A DNA stretch of 64,000 bases. It comes from Oikopleura dioica (lineage: Eukaryota > Animalia > Chordata). The DNA is taken from the NCBI GenBank assembly GCA_907165135.1, contig OU015566.1, positions 7,750,001 through 7,814,000 on the forward strand. The letters run 5' to 3'. Numbering within the stretch: the first letter of the stretch is position 1; every line of letters starts with the position of its first letter. Of the stretch, positions 1 to 13,600 are shown piece by piece. The notes beneath the pieces were generated by a model. The model made no database searches and was not told the origin of the DNA. It saw only the letters and a program-made list of their open reading frames with translations. Both the position numbers and the translations under genes were made by a program.

Positions 1-810
1 AACGCGGCGAGGGGGCGAAGTTTTCGTGTAAAAATACGCGATACAGGTTCACGAAAAATTTTCTTGAAATACCGAGTGATTAAACTTATGTATTATTCAG
101 CAGATTTTTTCATTACGGTCAGTGGTCGTTTTTCACCGAAAATTACGATTTTCACTTTGACAATAATCCAAGATAAGGACAACGGGTTAATCTCCTGACC
201 AAACTAGTGCTCCTCTTTGAAAAAATTCTTTTTCGCTGAGCAAATTTTTCCTCTTCGCATTTTTTGTTACACATTTTGGCGGAATAAAAAGCGGCGATTA
301 ATCTGATTTGCGGCTTTTGCTGTTGCATTTAACCGCGCTTGCCAAAATCCATCGGGAAAAAACGAATTTCGCCACGGATTTGCGGCCGCCCGGAAATCAT
401 TTTCAGTAATTTTTCTTTATTGTTTATCACTGCTGATTTAGAAAGCTTGCAAACTGCGCTTCTGTATTCGGTAGAATGGATCAAGTTCAAAGAAGTGAAC
501 TTCCGACAGTGAAGAGAAGATGCACGGCATAATCTTTGTCCGGGCGGGGTTTCGTCCCTTAGAATTCACCGAATTGTTATCGCTGAATTCTATAAGTGGC
601 TTTTCTTTCAAATGAAAGGGATGATGAGATGTTTCGGTGGCAGCGCGGGCAGTTGTTGATATAACACTGCCCTAGAATCCAATTTTACTGGGCTGCGCTT
701 TTTCGTACAAAAATTGTTTTTTATATCTTTCCCTTTTTATTGTTCTCAAATAAGAATGAGTCAGAAATGAAGAAATTACATTTTTACAGTTTGAAATTGA
801 GAAATGAGAG

Positions 811-1290
811 TCAGTAAAGTTTCAAAATTTGGCTCTTTTGATAAGGCTGTCTGCAGATTGGGCATACTCTCGGATTTAATTTGTTCAAACAGGGATAGCA
901 AAACATATGCCCACATATTGTGATGCACGATCTGTGTTGAATATTTTTGTTATATTTTGTATAACAGACCTTACAGGAAAAATCATCCTCTTGTGCTTTA
1001 TCGCAGTGTTGATAATGCTCAAAGAACTCTTCAAATGTAAGAGAAGCATTGCATGCAGCGTAGAAACATCTAAATCTCGCGGAGCGTAGGACCCAATCAT
1101 TCAGTGTCCAAGGCTCACAAGTGCACCAATCTTTGCGATGTTCAATAAACTTTGCACAATGTCTGCAAAAATAGTCGTATGATATTGAGTCGTGGCAACT
1201 GGGGCACACTTTATACGTTTCTTTCGTTATCACTCTTAAAAAGCCTGTCAATGATATAAGTGGCTCTTTACCTACAAGCAGCTTGGACAC
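811..1290 (-). CDS. RING-finger (C3HC4) protein with an upstream Sina/TRAF-like Zn finger; 5' end uncertain (ORF begins at GTG after a TTAG acceptor-like site)
   Basis: ORF has C-terminal CKVC..CITICGHMFCYPCL..CPICRQ (C3HC4 RING) and CFYAAC..FEHYQHC; no ATG start, so probably an internal exon. Confidence 0.6.
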   Translation of the reverse strand: MSKLLVGKEPLISLTGFLRVITKETYKVCPSCHDSISYDYFCRHCAKFIEHRKDWCTCEPWTLNDWVLRSARFRCFYAACNASLTFEEFFEHYQHCDKAQEDDFSCKVCYTKYNKNIQHRSCITICGHMFCYPCLNKLNPRVCPICRQPYQKSQILKLY

Positions 1291-4200
1291 GCTAATTTTT
1301 GATTAATCCCCATCAAATGTTTATTGGTTTCCGATTCAAAAAGATAGCTCACTGGAATCTCTCGTTTTTCAAAATCTACAACACCCTTTTTTCGTGACAT
1401 ATTCTAAGAGGAAATTCAATAAGAATTTTTCGAGCGAAAAATGGCCCCTCTTTTTATGAGCTCATCTGAAAGAGCATAAAAAAAGATAACTGTCATAGAA
1501 ACAGTTATTTGCGTGTTGATCCTACAGTAGGATTTCAAACTTCCATCGGACAACTATTTCTTCTTCTAAAAGGGTCCAACTCGCCGAAAATTTGCAAATT
1601 CAAAACGAGTCCTGTAAGAAAGCGTCGCGAGTTGTGTTCAGAATGTCGTGCATGCGCTTTTTAGATAGCATTAGTACTTTGCGCACCAAAAGGTGTGAAA
1701 ATGAGCAGTCGAAAAATGTTTCTAAATCCATTGAAAAATGCTACAATTGTTTTGACAAAAGACAATAGAATGAATGAGAATTTGACGTTTGCAGATTTTC
1801 GAATTTTTCGAAATCCAGTCGGGGTTGAGACAGTAATGATCCGTTGCGGTGCTTTTTGAATCCTTGTCTAAATAACAGTATTCACTCAAATTAGGGTTCT
1901 AGCTTTGGCGAGCCGTAGATTTGCGATTTATAGAGTTGCTGATTCAGAGATTCAGATCAATTTCAAATCAGAGCTACAGGGAAGTACTTTCGAGGAAATT
2001 ACAGTATTCAGCCAGAAAATTGATGATTCATCAGTCAGGATGGTCAAATTCAAGCTGTATTTCAAAGCGAAAAATAATTATTATGACTTGTCAAAGAAGC
2101 TCAAAGAAAAATGTCTTCAAAGAAATGACATCAACAAAAAAACTTACGGTATTATATAACAAGCGTTTTTCACCATTCCTCGTTCGTTGGAATGCTCCAG
2201 CTAATTTTCTTTTCTCTCTGCTTTTGTTTTTATCTGATCAGAAATTCAGCGATTATCTATTTTTCGTAACCTGGAAATTCCGAAGCGTCCACCAAAATCA
2301 GCTGCTTGAATTTTTTCCTAATGCGCTTTTCAGTTTCCTCCAGATTGCAAAAATCCCTTTTTTCCATATTCAATGAATTTTTAATCATTATCAAGGCTTT
2401 TTGGTCCGTTAAAATGGTCCTAATCTGCTGAGAAATCTTGGCAGTCTGCAGTAAACGGTAAAAAGAAGCTCAAATCAAATTCGTTTTTTTTTGCACTTTT
2501 CCAAATTCGCTATCAGATGGAAAAGTTCCGAGTGTCTATTTTGAACTGCGATTTGGGAGATTGTGCACTGAGTTTATAAAACAAGTTATCTCCTAAGAAT
2601 ACTGTTTTTATAAAAGCTTCTCACATTACAAAAAGTCCAGATTTAGAGCCTAGAAATGCTTAATTCAAAAAATAGCATCGGAGCTTTGAATTTTCAATCA
2701 AGCAATGATTTAGTTCCAAAAAATGGATTTTTATACAAGACCGAAAATAGCGGAGATTATACAATCGAAAACTGTTAATTCTTAATTAAACTTAGCCGAT
2801 TGAAATTTTCTAGAAGGGGCTACAATTAGAGCTACCCCTTGAAACCCTTTGAAACTAACCCCGGGGCTGTGGCCTGGGACCCCCCTCCTCCCCCTCCTGA
2901 CACAAAACCAATATCAAGGGGATTCACTCTTCCCAATCAAGGGTTTTCAATCCCTAACCCTAACTTGTTTAGCTCGAAAAAAACTATGGTTTAAAAAAGA
3001 CAGACTTCATCCATTTTCTTCTACCACCCGTATCCGTTTTGATCTTCTTGTTCCTTTTCTGCATCTCCGAGTACGTCACCTGATAGATGACCAGATTAGT
3101 ACTTGGCACGAGTCTGTCAGAGTTTGCGTCTTTCGCCCGTGACGATCGGGCGCGCGCGCTCTCGTCCAGACTCAGATGGCGCTCGTGAGCTAGCAGCGCG
3201 CGCACGACCGCTGCTCAGCGCTGGCGACCGATTTTTTCGTGAAATTTTGTTTTTGCTCATCGACCGAAATTTGTACTCAGCACTTTCATAAAACACACGC
3301 TTTTAACGCTTTTTATACTTTTAGCTTTTTTGCATAGACATTTTCATCCATAGAGATCAACAGAGAAACATTGTCGAAATCAGTACTTTTTAACTAAAGT
3401 AGAAAAACCGTAGTTATGCTTTGCCACTCGCGGGGACCGAAATTCCCGCGATTCCGGAAAAAGAACAAACCGGAATCGACGGAAAAGTCCATTTCATCGG
3501 ACCATTCCGCCAGGTATAAAAAATATGCGCGAAATAGCGCGAAGAGAGGCTGACGAAGACGGGTTAAATCTTACGTGAAGAATTTTTGAGATGTTTCAGG
3601 ACAGATTTTAAAAGGATATTAGAGGAAGAGAATGTTATTTTGTTAATTTTTATGGGATGGTCTCTGGAACCGACAAAAAAATTTCGACAAATTTTGCGTA
3701 GGCGGCTACTCGGCAGCTGATTGTCCAGTTTGCCGAATCCAGGCTTCTGATTGGTTGAAAATTTCCACGCAAAATTTGTCGAATTTTTTTTGTCGGTTCC
3801 AGACACCTCCCCATTTTTATTTCATAAAAATTTTTATTTTCAAATATTGGATCTTTTTGTTTAAATTTTCTATACTTTTTGCCATTTTGAGAAACCATTT
3901 AACTCATTCCTTTTTGCTTATTTTATTATTTTTACTGGTTTTATTTATCTTGAACCTCAGGAAAAAATTTTTGCATACTCTGGGTGAATTTTTGCTCAAA
4001 ATCATTCAAAAAACAAGTCGCTCCAATTTTTCCTCCAGGAAACCGTATCTCCTAGACCGGAAATTGAGTTAACCCTGATTTGCTCACCCTGTCTACCACC
4101 ACTCGTTCCTTCCCCAAAACACTAGCCAAAACATAAATCAACACCCGAAGGTTGAATTCGCAGATTTCAAAAACAAACACTTTTACACCGCGAGAAAGGG

Positions 4201-4517
4201 GTTTTCCCATGCGCGGAGGGGTTAAATTAGCGGGCAAAGCGACGCGTCCCGTGAGTTGGAGCTTCTTTGTTGACTGTTATTCAGATATTTTGGGAACAAA
4301 ATTTTTCTTGAACTTGATTTGAAAACCGTAAAATGCTATTTTCTATTTAAAATTTGTATTTAAAATATTCCTTTATGATCGACTCCATCAACAAATTGCA
4401 ATTCTAAGCGCAAAATATGCAACCTCGGAAAATTAAATGAATAAAAAAACTGTTCTTATAAAAAAATATATTTGGATTCCAGGTTAAATCATAAATCCAA
4501 CTAAGTGCTCCTCAAGT

Positions 4518-4544
4518 TTAACCCCTTAGCGTCGCTTGGGTCAC
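4518..4544 (+). mobile_element. piggyBac-like transposon terminus (TTAA + CCCCTTAGCGTCG)
   Basis: TTAA 4518-4521 followed by CCCCTTAGCGTCG; the exact reverse complement plus TTAA is at 18889-18905, with a shared GGTCAC subterminal motif. Confidence 0.45.
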
Positions 4545-6858
4545 GACTCCAGCTCGTAATGAGACTCTCGCATTGAGTGAGCTCCCCCTCTTCCCTTAAT
4601 CTATTCCTCAGTAAAAGTCCAAAACGTAAATTTGCCTTTGAGTTAATTACCGGTTCGTTTTTCAAATTTCAAAGTTATCCCTTTTTCAACCGGAAATTTA
4701 CGTGAGCCGGAATTTCGAGACATTTTTTCTTTCGTTTCCATATTCACGAAAAGGGGATATACACAAAACGGGACTTCGCCCGGCGTCGTTTCCGGTGAAG
4801 AATGAGCTTAACCCAACTCCAACTCAGCAGGTTTCAATTCTGGGCCTGGGTCCGAGCTGCGGTGGAGTCTTGACGCGCGCTAGAACCGCCGGACACATCT
4901 CAGGAACGTATAACTTGGGCTTATTAGCACTATCGACGAGCTTTAAAACAGCGCTGTGATGTAATTACAGACACGAAAATGTGGCCAAAGTGGTGCGTTT
5001 TTCAAAAGTCCAAGATGAGTACTGAATTTCAGCAGTAGTCATCGTTAAAATGAAAAACCAAAGTAGTGATACCCAAATTTAATTCGCGATAATAATGATA
5101 AAATCATTTATGTATTTGCGAGAATTAATTCTTACTTATCTTTATATACAGTTATTCCAGAAAAGTTGAAAAAGGACACATCAATCGCTTCCCCCAGCGC
5201 TAGTTTATTTTACCTTCGTGGTGCGACTTTTTTATTTCTTGGAGATTCCCGGCTGTCGGCCCGAGCGTCTTTTATGTTTTCCCGTTTTTTCGCCCAGACG
5301 GGTTAAGTTTCTCAGGGCCAAATTGTCTGAAAATGATTCTGTTTTCGACTCTTTTTTCAATTGACGAATCAATCGACTTTTCTTCGATTTTTAAGGTCGC
5401 TAGCGTTTTGACTCAAAAAGATACTGTAACTGTAAGTCTAGTACAAATATGATTTCATCAAATTCTAGCCCAGCGATGATGCTCTAAAATATGACGCATA
5501 GAACCAGATTAGTTTTAAAGTTTCGCTAGTTCCTTTAAAAATTACTCGAAAGCCCTAGAAAATATTTTTTAAAGCTGGGATTAAGGTTTACACGTTCGTT
5601 CGAGCTGATTAGATCACGTGCTGGATCTGGCGGCGACTTCTAAGGGGAAATACAAGTTCCGCCAAAAACAGCTCTAGCACGGCGCGAAAAACGGGATTTG
5701 CTGACACTTTGGGGCTTAAACGAACCTCGTAAATATAAATCCAGCGAGTTATAAACACATCTGTTTTCGCTAAAAACGAATCATCCGAAGACTCCGCATT
5801 TTTCAGCTACAGTTTTTTCTTTGATCAAAAAATAGTCTTCTTAAGGGGGTCCCCCATGAAAAAAAACAATGGGGACCCCCTAGAAGTCTTCTTTTTTAAA
5901 ATCAGATTTGCAATTTATGCAAAAACCTGAGTCAGCATCCTGAAAAAGCTTTGATGAAAAGAAGCAAAATTAAGGGTATCAACTACCAAAAAGGACTCTA
6001 TCAAGAGAAGACACAGAAGAATGAATATTGCTTGTTTTATGATTGTTGGATTATCCAGCTCTTAACCCTATTTAGAAAGAATTATAAGTAGTAAAAGGTT
6101 GGTTTCGTAAATCCTGTCTAAGAGAATAATTATCTCTAGTAAGGGAGTCAACTATTCTCACGTTATCTTGGGCACGTTTGTCAAAAAAAATATTCTAGAG
6201 GCAAGTGTGTAAGCCGATCAATTCAAAAGTTATCAGCGCCTGAATTTTGCGCTCGAGTGTTGCCCAAACATCCCCCAAAAAATGCTCGAAATTGCATAAA
6301 AAACAGGATTTAGACTAAATGGCAGATAAACTTTTATAGAGTGCCGCGCAAGAATTGGTCAAGTACCGAATATTGCTTCTCTAATAGCTCGAATTTTTCA
6401 ATAAAAATTGCCGCTTGCGGCTTCGAGAAAGTGAAAATAAAAAAAAGCCGCGCTATGTTTTTAAACTTTCGATTTTAGAAAGATGAATTTTTGAGTTCAT
6501 TTCTTTAATATAACTTTCACATCGTTGAGAAATCAATCAAGTGATTTGACGTTCACATTCTAGTGCTTTCTAAAGTTTGTTTACCATTACTGCTACATTT
6601 TCGCGTAATTTGGGAAACTCGGGAAAGGGAAAGAGAATGTAATTTCATAAGCGTCTGATCTGAACATTGATGCCCGTCTCGATAAGACTTGAGACGTATT
6701 CTAACGGACGTGCGGCAGACGTGGCCGGAGTTTCGTGAATTCTCAGCGCGACCGACTGGACCGCTAAATTCACCACTTCTCCGCTGCCCAGACGATTTCA
6801 TAAAGTGAGTGACCTTTTTTAAAGTCAGTTCCGGCGCATTTAAATGTTCCAATAAGAA

Positions 6859-7097
6859 AAAATCGAGAAGCCGCTTGCGGCTTCGAGTCAAAAAAAAGAC
6901 AAAGACGCGCGAAGCGCGGCTTTTTCAATATTTTTTCTCGAAGCTGCAAGCGACTTCTCGACTTTTCCCATCGAATTATTTTAAAACGCCAGTAGAATGG
7001 AAAAGGCGCTTGCGGGTTCGAGTCAAAAACAGAAAGTCACGGGAATCGCGGCTTTTTCCAAATTGAAACTCGAAACCGCAAGCGGCTTCTCGATTTT
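6859..7097. mobile_element. MITE-like inverted-repeat element built from the palindrome AAGCCGCTTGCGGCTT (two ~105-bp units in tandem)
   Basis: Left AAAATCGAGAAGCCGCTTGCGGCTTCGAGT (6859-6888) matches the reverse complement of right ACTCGAAACCGCAAGCGGCTTCTCGATTTT (7068-7097) at 29/30; related motifs at 6410-6424 and 8222-8240. Confidence 0.7.
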
Positions 7098-10000
7098 GTC
7101 AGTGATAGTCAACTGTTCAAATTTTTTGAAAATAACAAGAGATGACGTTTTCTTTCTGTCTCCCCCGCCAGCAGGTGATTGTTTCAGTGATTCTGATGCA
7201 AGGGCGGGGTCGTACATCAGTTCCATCAACCAGTTTTCTTGGAGGCAGCTGTTTTCAGCTGCGCGCGTGACAAACATTTCGCGTTTTACTCTTTCTTTTC
7301 TCACCTCGTGTTTGACAAGCAATTTTTATTCACTCGTTTCGCCGGGTATTCAATTTGAAAGTTGTGGTCAGTTCCGAGTTGATTCGACTACGACGCATGT
7401 TCTTCATGTTCATCTTAGTAGTGAACTAGTCCCGTAATCAACCGATTAATTTATTTTGTGTTTGAGCTGTTTTCTTGTTCTGAGGATCTAATTTGTCTCA
7501 GATTCTGCCAGAGTACCAGAACTGGGCTTTGTTTATTGCTACGTTCTATTCAATAAAGCGTTCTGTGGCGTGAATTCGAAATTAATCGAGTTCTACAGAA
7601 GCCTCAGCAGGAATTTATGAACCTCAAGAAATGATTGTCAAAACAATCAGGCTTGATTGAATTTCCCACAGTCGGAATAATGGGATTTCATAGTGCAGTA
7701 AAATAAGGGTGTCACTCAACAAATTCTCTGAGAAGAAAAAACGAGATTAATGATGTCTACCCCCTTAAAATACCCCCTAGAATTAGAATTATACCATCAA
7801 TGGCTTACTTTCTTCACGTTTTTTTCTATCCCTTGATTAGTAATCAACTGCTCTTGACAATAATCCCCTCTCTTCTAATTGATCCACGTGACTACTCGTT
7901 TTATAACGAGCAAGTCCGAATCAAATTCAAATCTCAATCCGGAAATGCGCCGCACTGAGCTGTATTTCCGCCCACCGCGTCACTCCTCGATCCTCCATTT
8001 TTGCTCGATCAAGAGCCGGTGAATACATAACCGCCAAAAATCTCGTACAAAATCCATCATAGAAGATAGTCAAAGTGCTCTTTTTCAAAAAAACAGGTGC
8101 AGGTTTTAGTAAGAGCATCAGCTAGACTGGCAATTTTCTTGACACAACTAGTCATGAAGGAATCTTTTAGCTGAACTTTTACCGATGGTAACATGTGAAG
8201 AAAACCTGAGTCAGCATCCTGAAAGCCGCGTTGCGGCTTTTTAAAGAACGAAGCTGCAAAGCGGCTTCGCCAAAGATTGGAATAGCGGCTTTAAATTCAA
8301 CCTTTTTTAGGAACTTTTTAGTGAATCAAAATTTTTTTTCTTTGATTTTCAAAAAGGTAAAATAAGTGTCATTGCATCAAATCTCCTCTTTCCAAATAGG
8401 TATCAAAACCACTAAAAATACCGTAAGCCGTCTATGAGCGAATAATGGAACCTCAAATCGTAAGGTCGTCTCTCCGCAGCGAAAAATAGTAGCTCGATTT
8501 TTGTTTCGCCACAGCTGTCAATCGCGTAGAAAGAAAACGTGGGCCCCCTTGTCTAAGTGTTACAGTAAAACCCCTTTGATGAAATAATATCAATTAGTGT
8601 CAAGCTTATCAGTGCGGCTCGAGCGAGCGCTCACCCGCCGAGCGACTAAAAGCTTCCGCCAGGTGCAGCAAACTTTCTTTTTCTCGGAGATCTTTCTTGC
8701 ACAATTTTTTTCTTTCATAAGAGTAGGAAAGGGTTCGGAAGAAAACGTGATTGTTTTTATCGCTTACGCTCCGTATCTTAGGACTTTCCAGTGTATGGTA
8801 TTATGACGTAGAATATAAAGAAGGGAATAAGCTTAGATAATAAGGGGGTGAATTGAGAAAGTCAGCAGATTAGAATTTTAAGATGTGGATTCTCCGATTT
8901 CTAATCCTGGATTTTATTATTGGCCATACAAATCATGAGAGAGATTAAAGGACTTTTTGAAGTGCTGGATTTTTTGTTATTCCATAATTTTCCCTGATTT
9001 TTTGTCGAAAAAGTCGGTTTCTTTTTCGACCAAAAATCTTGTCCAAAGAAGTATTGAACTCCCGATGACTCAGTATTAAGGATCCACATAGCTTTGGAAC
9101 CTGTAGTTGGGTATGTTGCTCTGAACTGTAAGTGTCATCAGGCTTATTTTCTCGCCAAGTCGTCAGTGCCACTCATAAGTGCATCTTCGCGCACTTTTCC
9201 AATCATCTTCCCTAGCCACTTTCAGTCGCTAAATAAACTCCTTTCGCTTGTTTACTCATAAACCGTAATGTTTCCTTCAAAAGACGAACGGTTTTATGTA
9301 ACCGGCTAGGAATAGACGCTGTTTAAATTTAACGCGATTGTGAATCCAAAAATGGAACGGTCTTTTTTGAACAGGATTTTGATTGAAAAATACGCTTTTA
9401 GAAAGGGGCCGGATTACAGCGAAAATAACCGAAAAGGTCGGGAAAAGAAAATAAATACCAAAAGGAACCACACTCGCAAAATTATATTACGTCAGGGATT
9501 GCTTTGAATCCTGGTGTAGAGCAGACGTTCCTCCTTATTTAAGCATGAAGAATCCGTAGTTTCTTGTGATTTTTGACAAAATAACTTCGAATCTTCTTTT
9601 TGTAAAATTATTTTTTTGAAAAAGTTTGAAAAAAGGTGTTTGTCAAGATAGTTTTTAGTGGACTTGGCAACAATTTCCAAAACCAATTATAAAAATAGAA
9701 CGAGTTTATCAATGAACGAGCGGTTCTCAAAAACAACCAGCCTTATTTTCTTGAAAACGCGTTTCATGGTTCTTTATCATTCTCTTTTCTATTGAATTTG
9801 AGCCACTTTTAGTCCTCAAATTGATGCTTTTTTAGAAAAAATGTTTTCATAAACTTTTTTTCTTTTATTGCTTTTAAATTTCAAAAGGCGGATAGTGCGG
9901 TGAGCACCCTTAAAATCCTCCGTTTTATAATATATTTTCCCCTGGAGACGATTTTGGTGGATAAGGAGCTATTTAAACAAAATGTCTAAAAAGTGCGATT

Positions 10001-10692
10001 ACATGAAAATTTGCTCAGCCCCTCCCTTAACCCACCGCATGTGTCGTAGAGACACTTGGCCTGACAGTCACGTGGATCTCCTTAAGTCGAGCAAGCGGCT
10101 TTCAATAAATCGAAATCCGCGCTAACTGCGAATTCTCTTACTCGCTAAACTTTCAACCTTTTTTAGCAGCGACTGAGTTTTAGAGCAGTGGCTCATTTGT
10201 TGAATCGGATTATCGGACTTGTCTTAGCAAGAATTACTACTACGACTGCTAAGTAATGGATTTCTACCTTTTTTGGATACTTTTCTGTACACGTACTTAT
10301 CCGTCAATCAATCTTGAAGAGCATTTTTTGGGGATCAAGTTCTTTTTCAAAGTTTTTTTTTAATAAAAAAATGTTATTTTTCTTCCCGAAAAATGTGGAT
10401 ACGTAGCGCATATCTTGAACCTGTCCCTCTTTTAAAAATATCCTTTCTAAATATTTTATCTGTCCTGATCCCTTTCCTGTTTATTTTGCCCCGGATGAGC
10501 TTACTGTTATTTTCAACACGCGCCGCCATATCTGAAATGAAAACGTTCCAACAGGAAAACGAAAGCAGCTAATTTCAATTTAAAAAAAAGATCGAAAGTT
10601 GCACTTCACGATTTAGCCCGTCCTTGTCGAGCTGCTCAAATGCGGCGAAATAATCGTAATTTTTGGGAGAGGGATTAACGTTGGTTTTTTAG

Positions 10693-13600
10693 GGATTCTG
10701 GAATAAGTTACGATGAAATGTCACCAACAAGCAATGATGTTTCCGAAAAGGTAAATTTGAGACTTTTCAAAACATAAAAAGAAGTCTTATATCAACCCCG
10801 ATCTAGGGAGTTTTTTACGAAATAATCTGGTATTCGTATAAACCATTTGCGACCTTTGAGACAGTAATTTGACAGTCGATCTTGTCCAAATTCAAACTTA
10901 TCTCTCCTGAGCCCACTTCTGAGCACATGTAATTTAGAAGATGGGTTACACTCCTTTTTACAATTCGGTTGAACTTATCCCTTCCTCGCCCACCTGCGGC
11001 TGGAAATATCCTCTCTCAAGGAAACCGGAGATCCAAAATCGGGACATTAAGTTATTCTGATAAGGCCAAGGCTCTAAGAGGCAAACCAAAGTAGGAAACG
11101 AAGCCAAGAGGATAATGATTTCAGTTTCACGAAAGAAGAAGCAATCAAGAATGTCCCAAGAATATTTTTATCTCGAAACTTGTCACTTGTGTTAATGTCT
11201 TTTTAGATTTCCGAACCCGAGAAGCCATTATTGGCGACAAAGTATACTCAACGTGACAAGTCTCTGCGACTCAATCACGGCGGATGGGACAGAAACGAAA
11301 AAGCAGAAAAGGTAAAGAAGCCATCAAAAATTAAGGATATACGTTTGCTAATTTGAGTGAGTATTTAAGACTAATCGTGACGTTAGACGTCCAGGTCTCA
11401 CACAAGGTGCACCTGCGGTTGCGCAAAAAACGTCAAGATAGCTGGCCTCTAGCTTTCAGTCAGATTGCTCGACTGATAGTTTTTGCATGAAAAGTTAAGG
11501 GGGAGGTCGACGAGAATCGGGATTTCTGTGACCAAAAATGCGGAGAAACCCGATTAGATATGAAAATTCTGACTTTTCAGATTGAAAGAAAAGGGTTTGA
11601 AAAATTAACCGGCGAAAAGCAGAAAAAAAAATTTTTTTGAAAAATTTTTCAAAATCAGGGTTGAAGTGGGGGCGTCTCGTGACCAAAAAATCTCGAAAAC
11701 CGAGTTTTTTTTTCGTCATCAAATATAATTAATAAATAGTTTAGACCCTTAAAAATTAACCGGCGATCAAAAAATTAAGGGTTACTATCATAAAAAAAAT
11801 TTTCTTATTGATTAAAAATATTCGATTTTCGTCAAAATCGACATTTTTACCCATTTTTTCATGGAAATTTCTGCAAAAATCACAAAAACTGGTATTTTTT
11901 TAAATTATTAGTCAGAAATCATTTTAAAACAATGCCTAGTCCATAATAATCAGTTTCAGATAGTTTTTGGACGAAATCACCAAATAATAATTTTCAAAAA
12001 ATTTCAAGTTCGAGACTCAAAATCGAAAATTTTACATTTAAAAGTTTACAAATTGAGAAAAAGCTAGGAACCAAATTTACTCCTTTTTTATCGAGGAATC
12101 CAAAAATATAATCAAAATTTTGAAAAAGCGAAAAAAAATTTCTCGACGACCTCCCCCTTAAGGGTTATCTACGTAGGCTAAAGAACAGTTCCGAATAATT
12201 AAATAAAGATAGAAGCTTATAGAAAGTCTAAAGAAATGACCAGGTGCTCTTTTGGGTTAAGAATATAAACAGAGCTTTTTTATAGAAAATTCTAATTTTT
12301 GAAAATTCTAGGCAGGTAAGGGATGATTCTAAAATTGAATAATTAATCCCCAAATAATCTTCATAGAAGGCGTGAGAATCCGATATCCAATGGATTAAAA
12401 CCCCTCTTACGATCGTTTGATCCCGTATTTGTGAGAGCTCGGGATCTTGTCGAAAGTTTCTTGAGAATCTCAGCAAATTTTTGCTTGTGTACAAGGACCC
12501 ACAGTTTATCCTGTTAGACATAAACATCGCCGAATCTTTAGACGAGCCGTCTATGAGAAGAAATTCTTGCTTGAAAGAGCCATTTTTTAATACTTGTGTT
12601 GCTCACGTAACAAGTACATTCCACTCGAGAGGTGGGTATTTGGGAACACTTATTTGGCAATTTTGGTAGTCCAATTTTGATGATGGATCGCGCTGAGCTA
12701 AACCGGTCGCGGTTGAAAGGGTCTACTTCCAGAAGGTTAGACGCTGCCAATTATGCAGTTTCACCTTGCAGAAGCTCTTTGCATGATTCTCTAGCGCCTG
12801 GTTCTCAAGAAATCTTGACAGACTGAATGACCTAAAGTTCTTGTACTGAAGATAGCTACCCTATTTTAGAGCTTCCTTCTGTTACCGCGGTTTCAGTTTC
12901 AGAATTTACTCTAGTGACACCCTTATTTTGTAAGAAATCCTAAAAGAAGCATGTAACGAGGGATGATTTCTGACTAGAAATGTGTCAAGAAACATCTGAG
13001 GAAAGATTTGGCCGACCTTTTCAAGTCGAATGAATCCTATCACACAGCTTGCGAAAGAATGTCAATTCTTCGTCAATTTTACTTGGATTTTGTTCAATGT
13101 TTGCAAATCTTGTTATGTTTCACGTGACTTAGACTAGTTTTTAAATAAAAATCATTTACACATCGAAATAGAACAATGTCTTACCAGGAATTTGACTCTA
13201 AAAGTGCTAATAAGTTAATCAACTTGATTACCGGAAGAATTACTAGTTTACTTTACTTCTGACCGGATAGAAAAACAGTCTATCTGTCAAAGAATTATCA
13301 AAAACAAATAATGTAACAACAACAATATATAATACTCGGATGAGAATATCAATAACAGCGCTAGATGATCTTAGGCGCATTAAAATTGAGCCGGCCGGAC
13401 TTTCTAAAACTGCAACTGACTACTGAATACGTAGAAAAACATTGCCACAGCGGCTTGGCCTATTTGATCTTAAACTTGAACGAAGAGTTTTTTACTCAAT
13501 TTATTGCATAAGAGTACTTAGTTAGCAAACTTAATTTTTGAATGATACTAGGGAAAGAAATAGTCTATATTTTCATATAATAAAATAAGGGTGTCGCTAT

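Noticed and set aside
1905-2376. ORFs at 1905-2159 and 1921-2376
   Set aside because: No recognisable motif or confident exon chain; could be an orphan exon but unsupported.
3427-3480. Two adjacent small GC hairpins
   Set aside because: No Pol III boxes or known ncRNA signature; stems of 7-8 bp can arise by chance.
5574-5745. Weak inverted similarity suggesting an old MITE
   Set aside because: Too degenerate to define ends or a TSD by eye.
7023-7420. Minus-strand ORF and an RRSRINSEL stretch resembling a bHLH basic region
   Set aside because: The match is too short, a stop follows, and there is no helix-loop-helix continuation.
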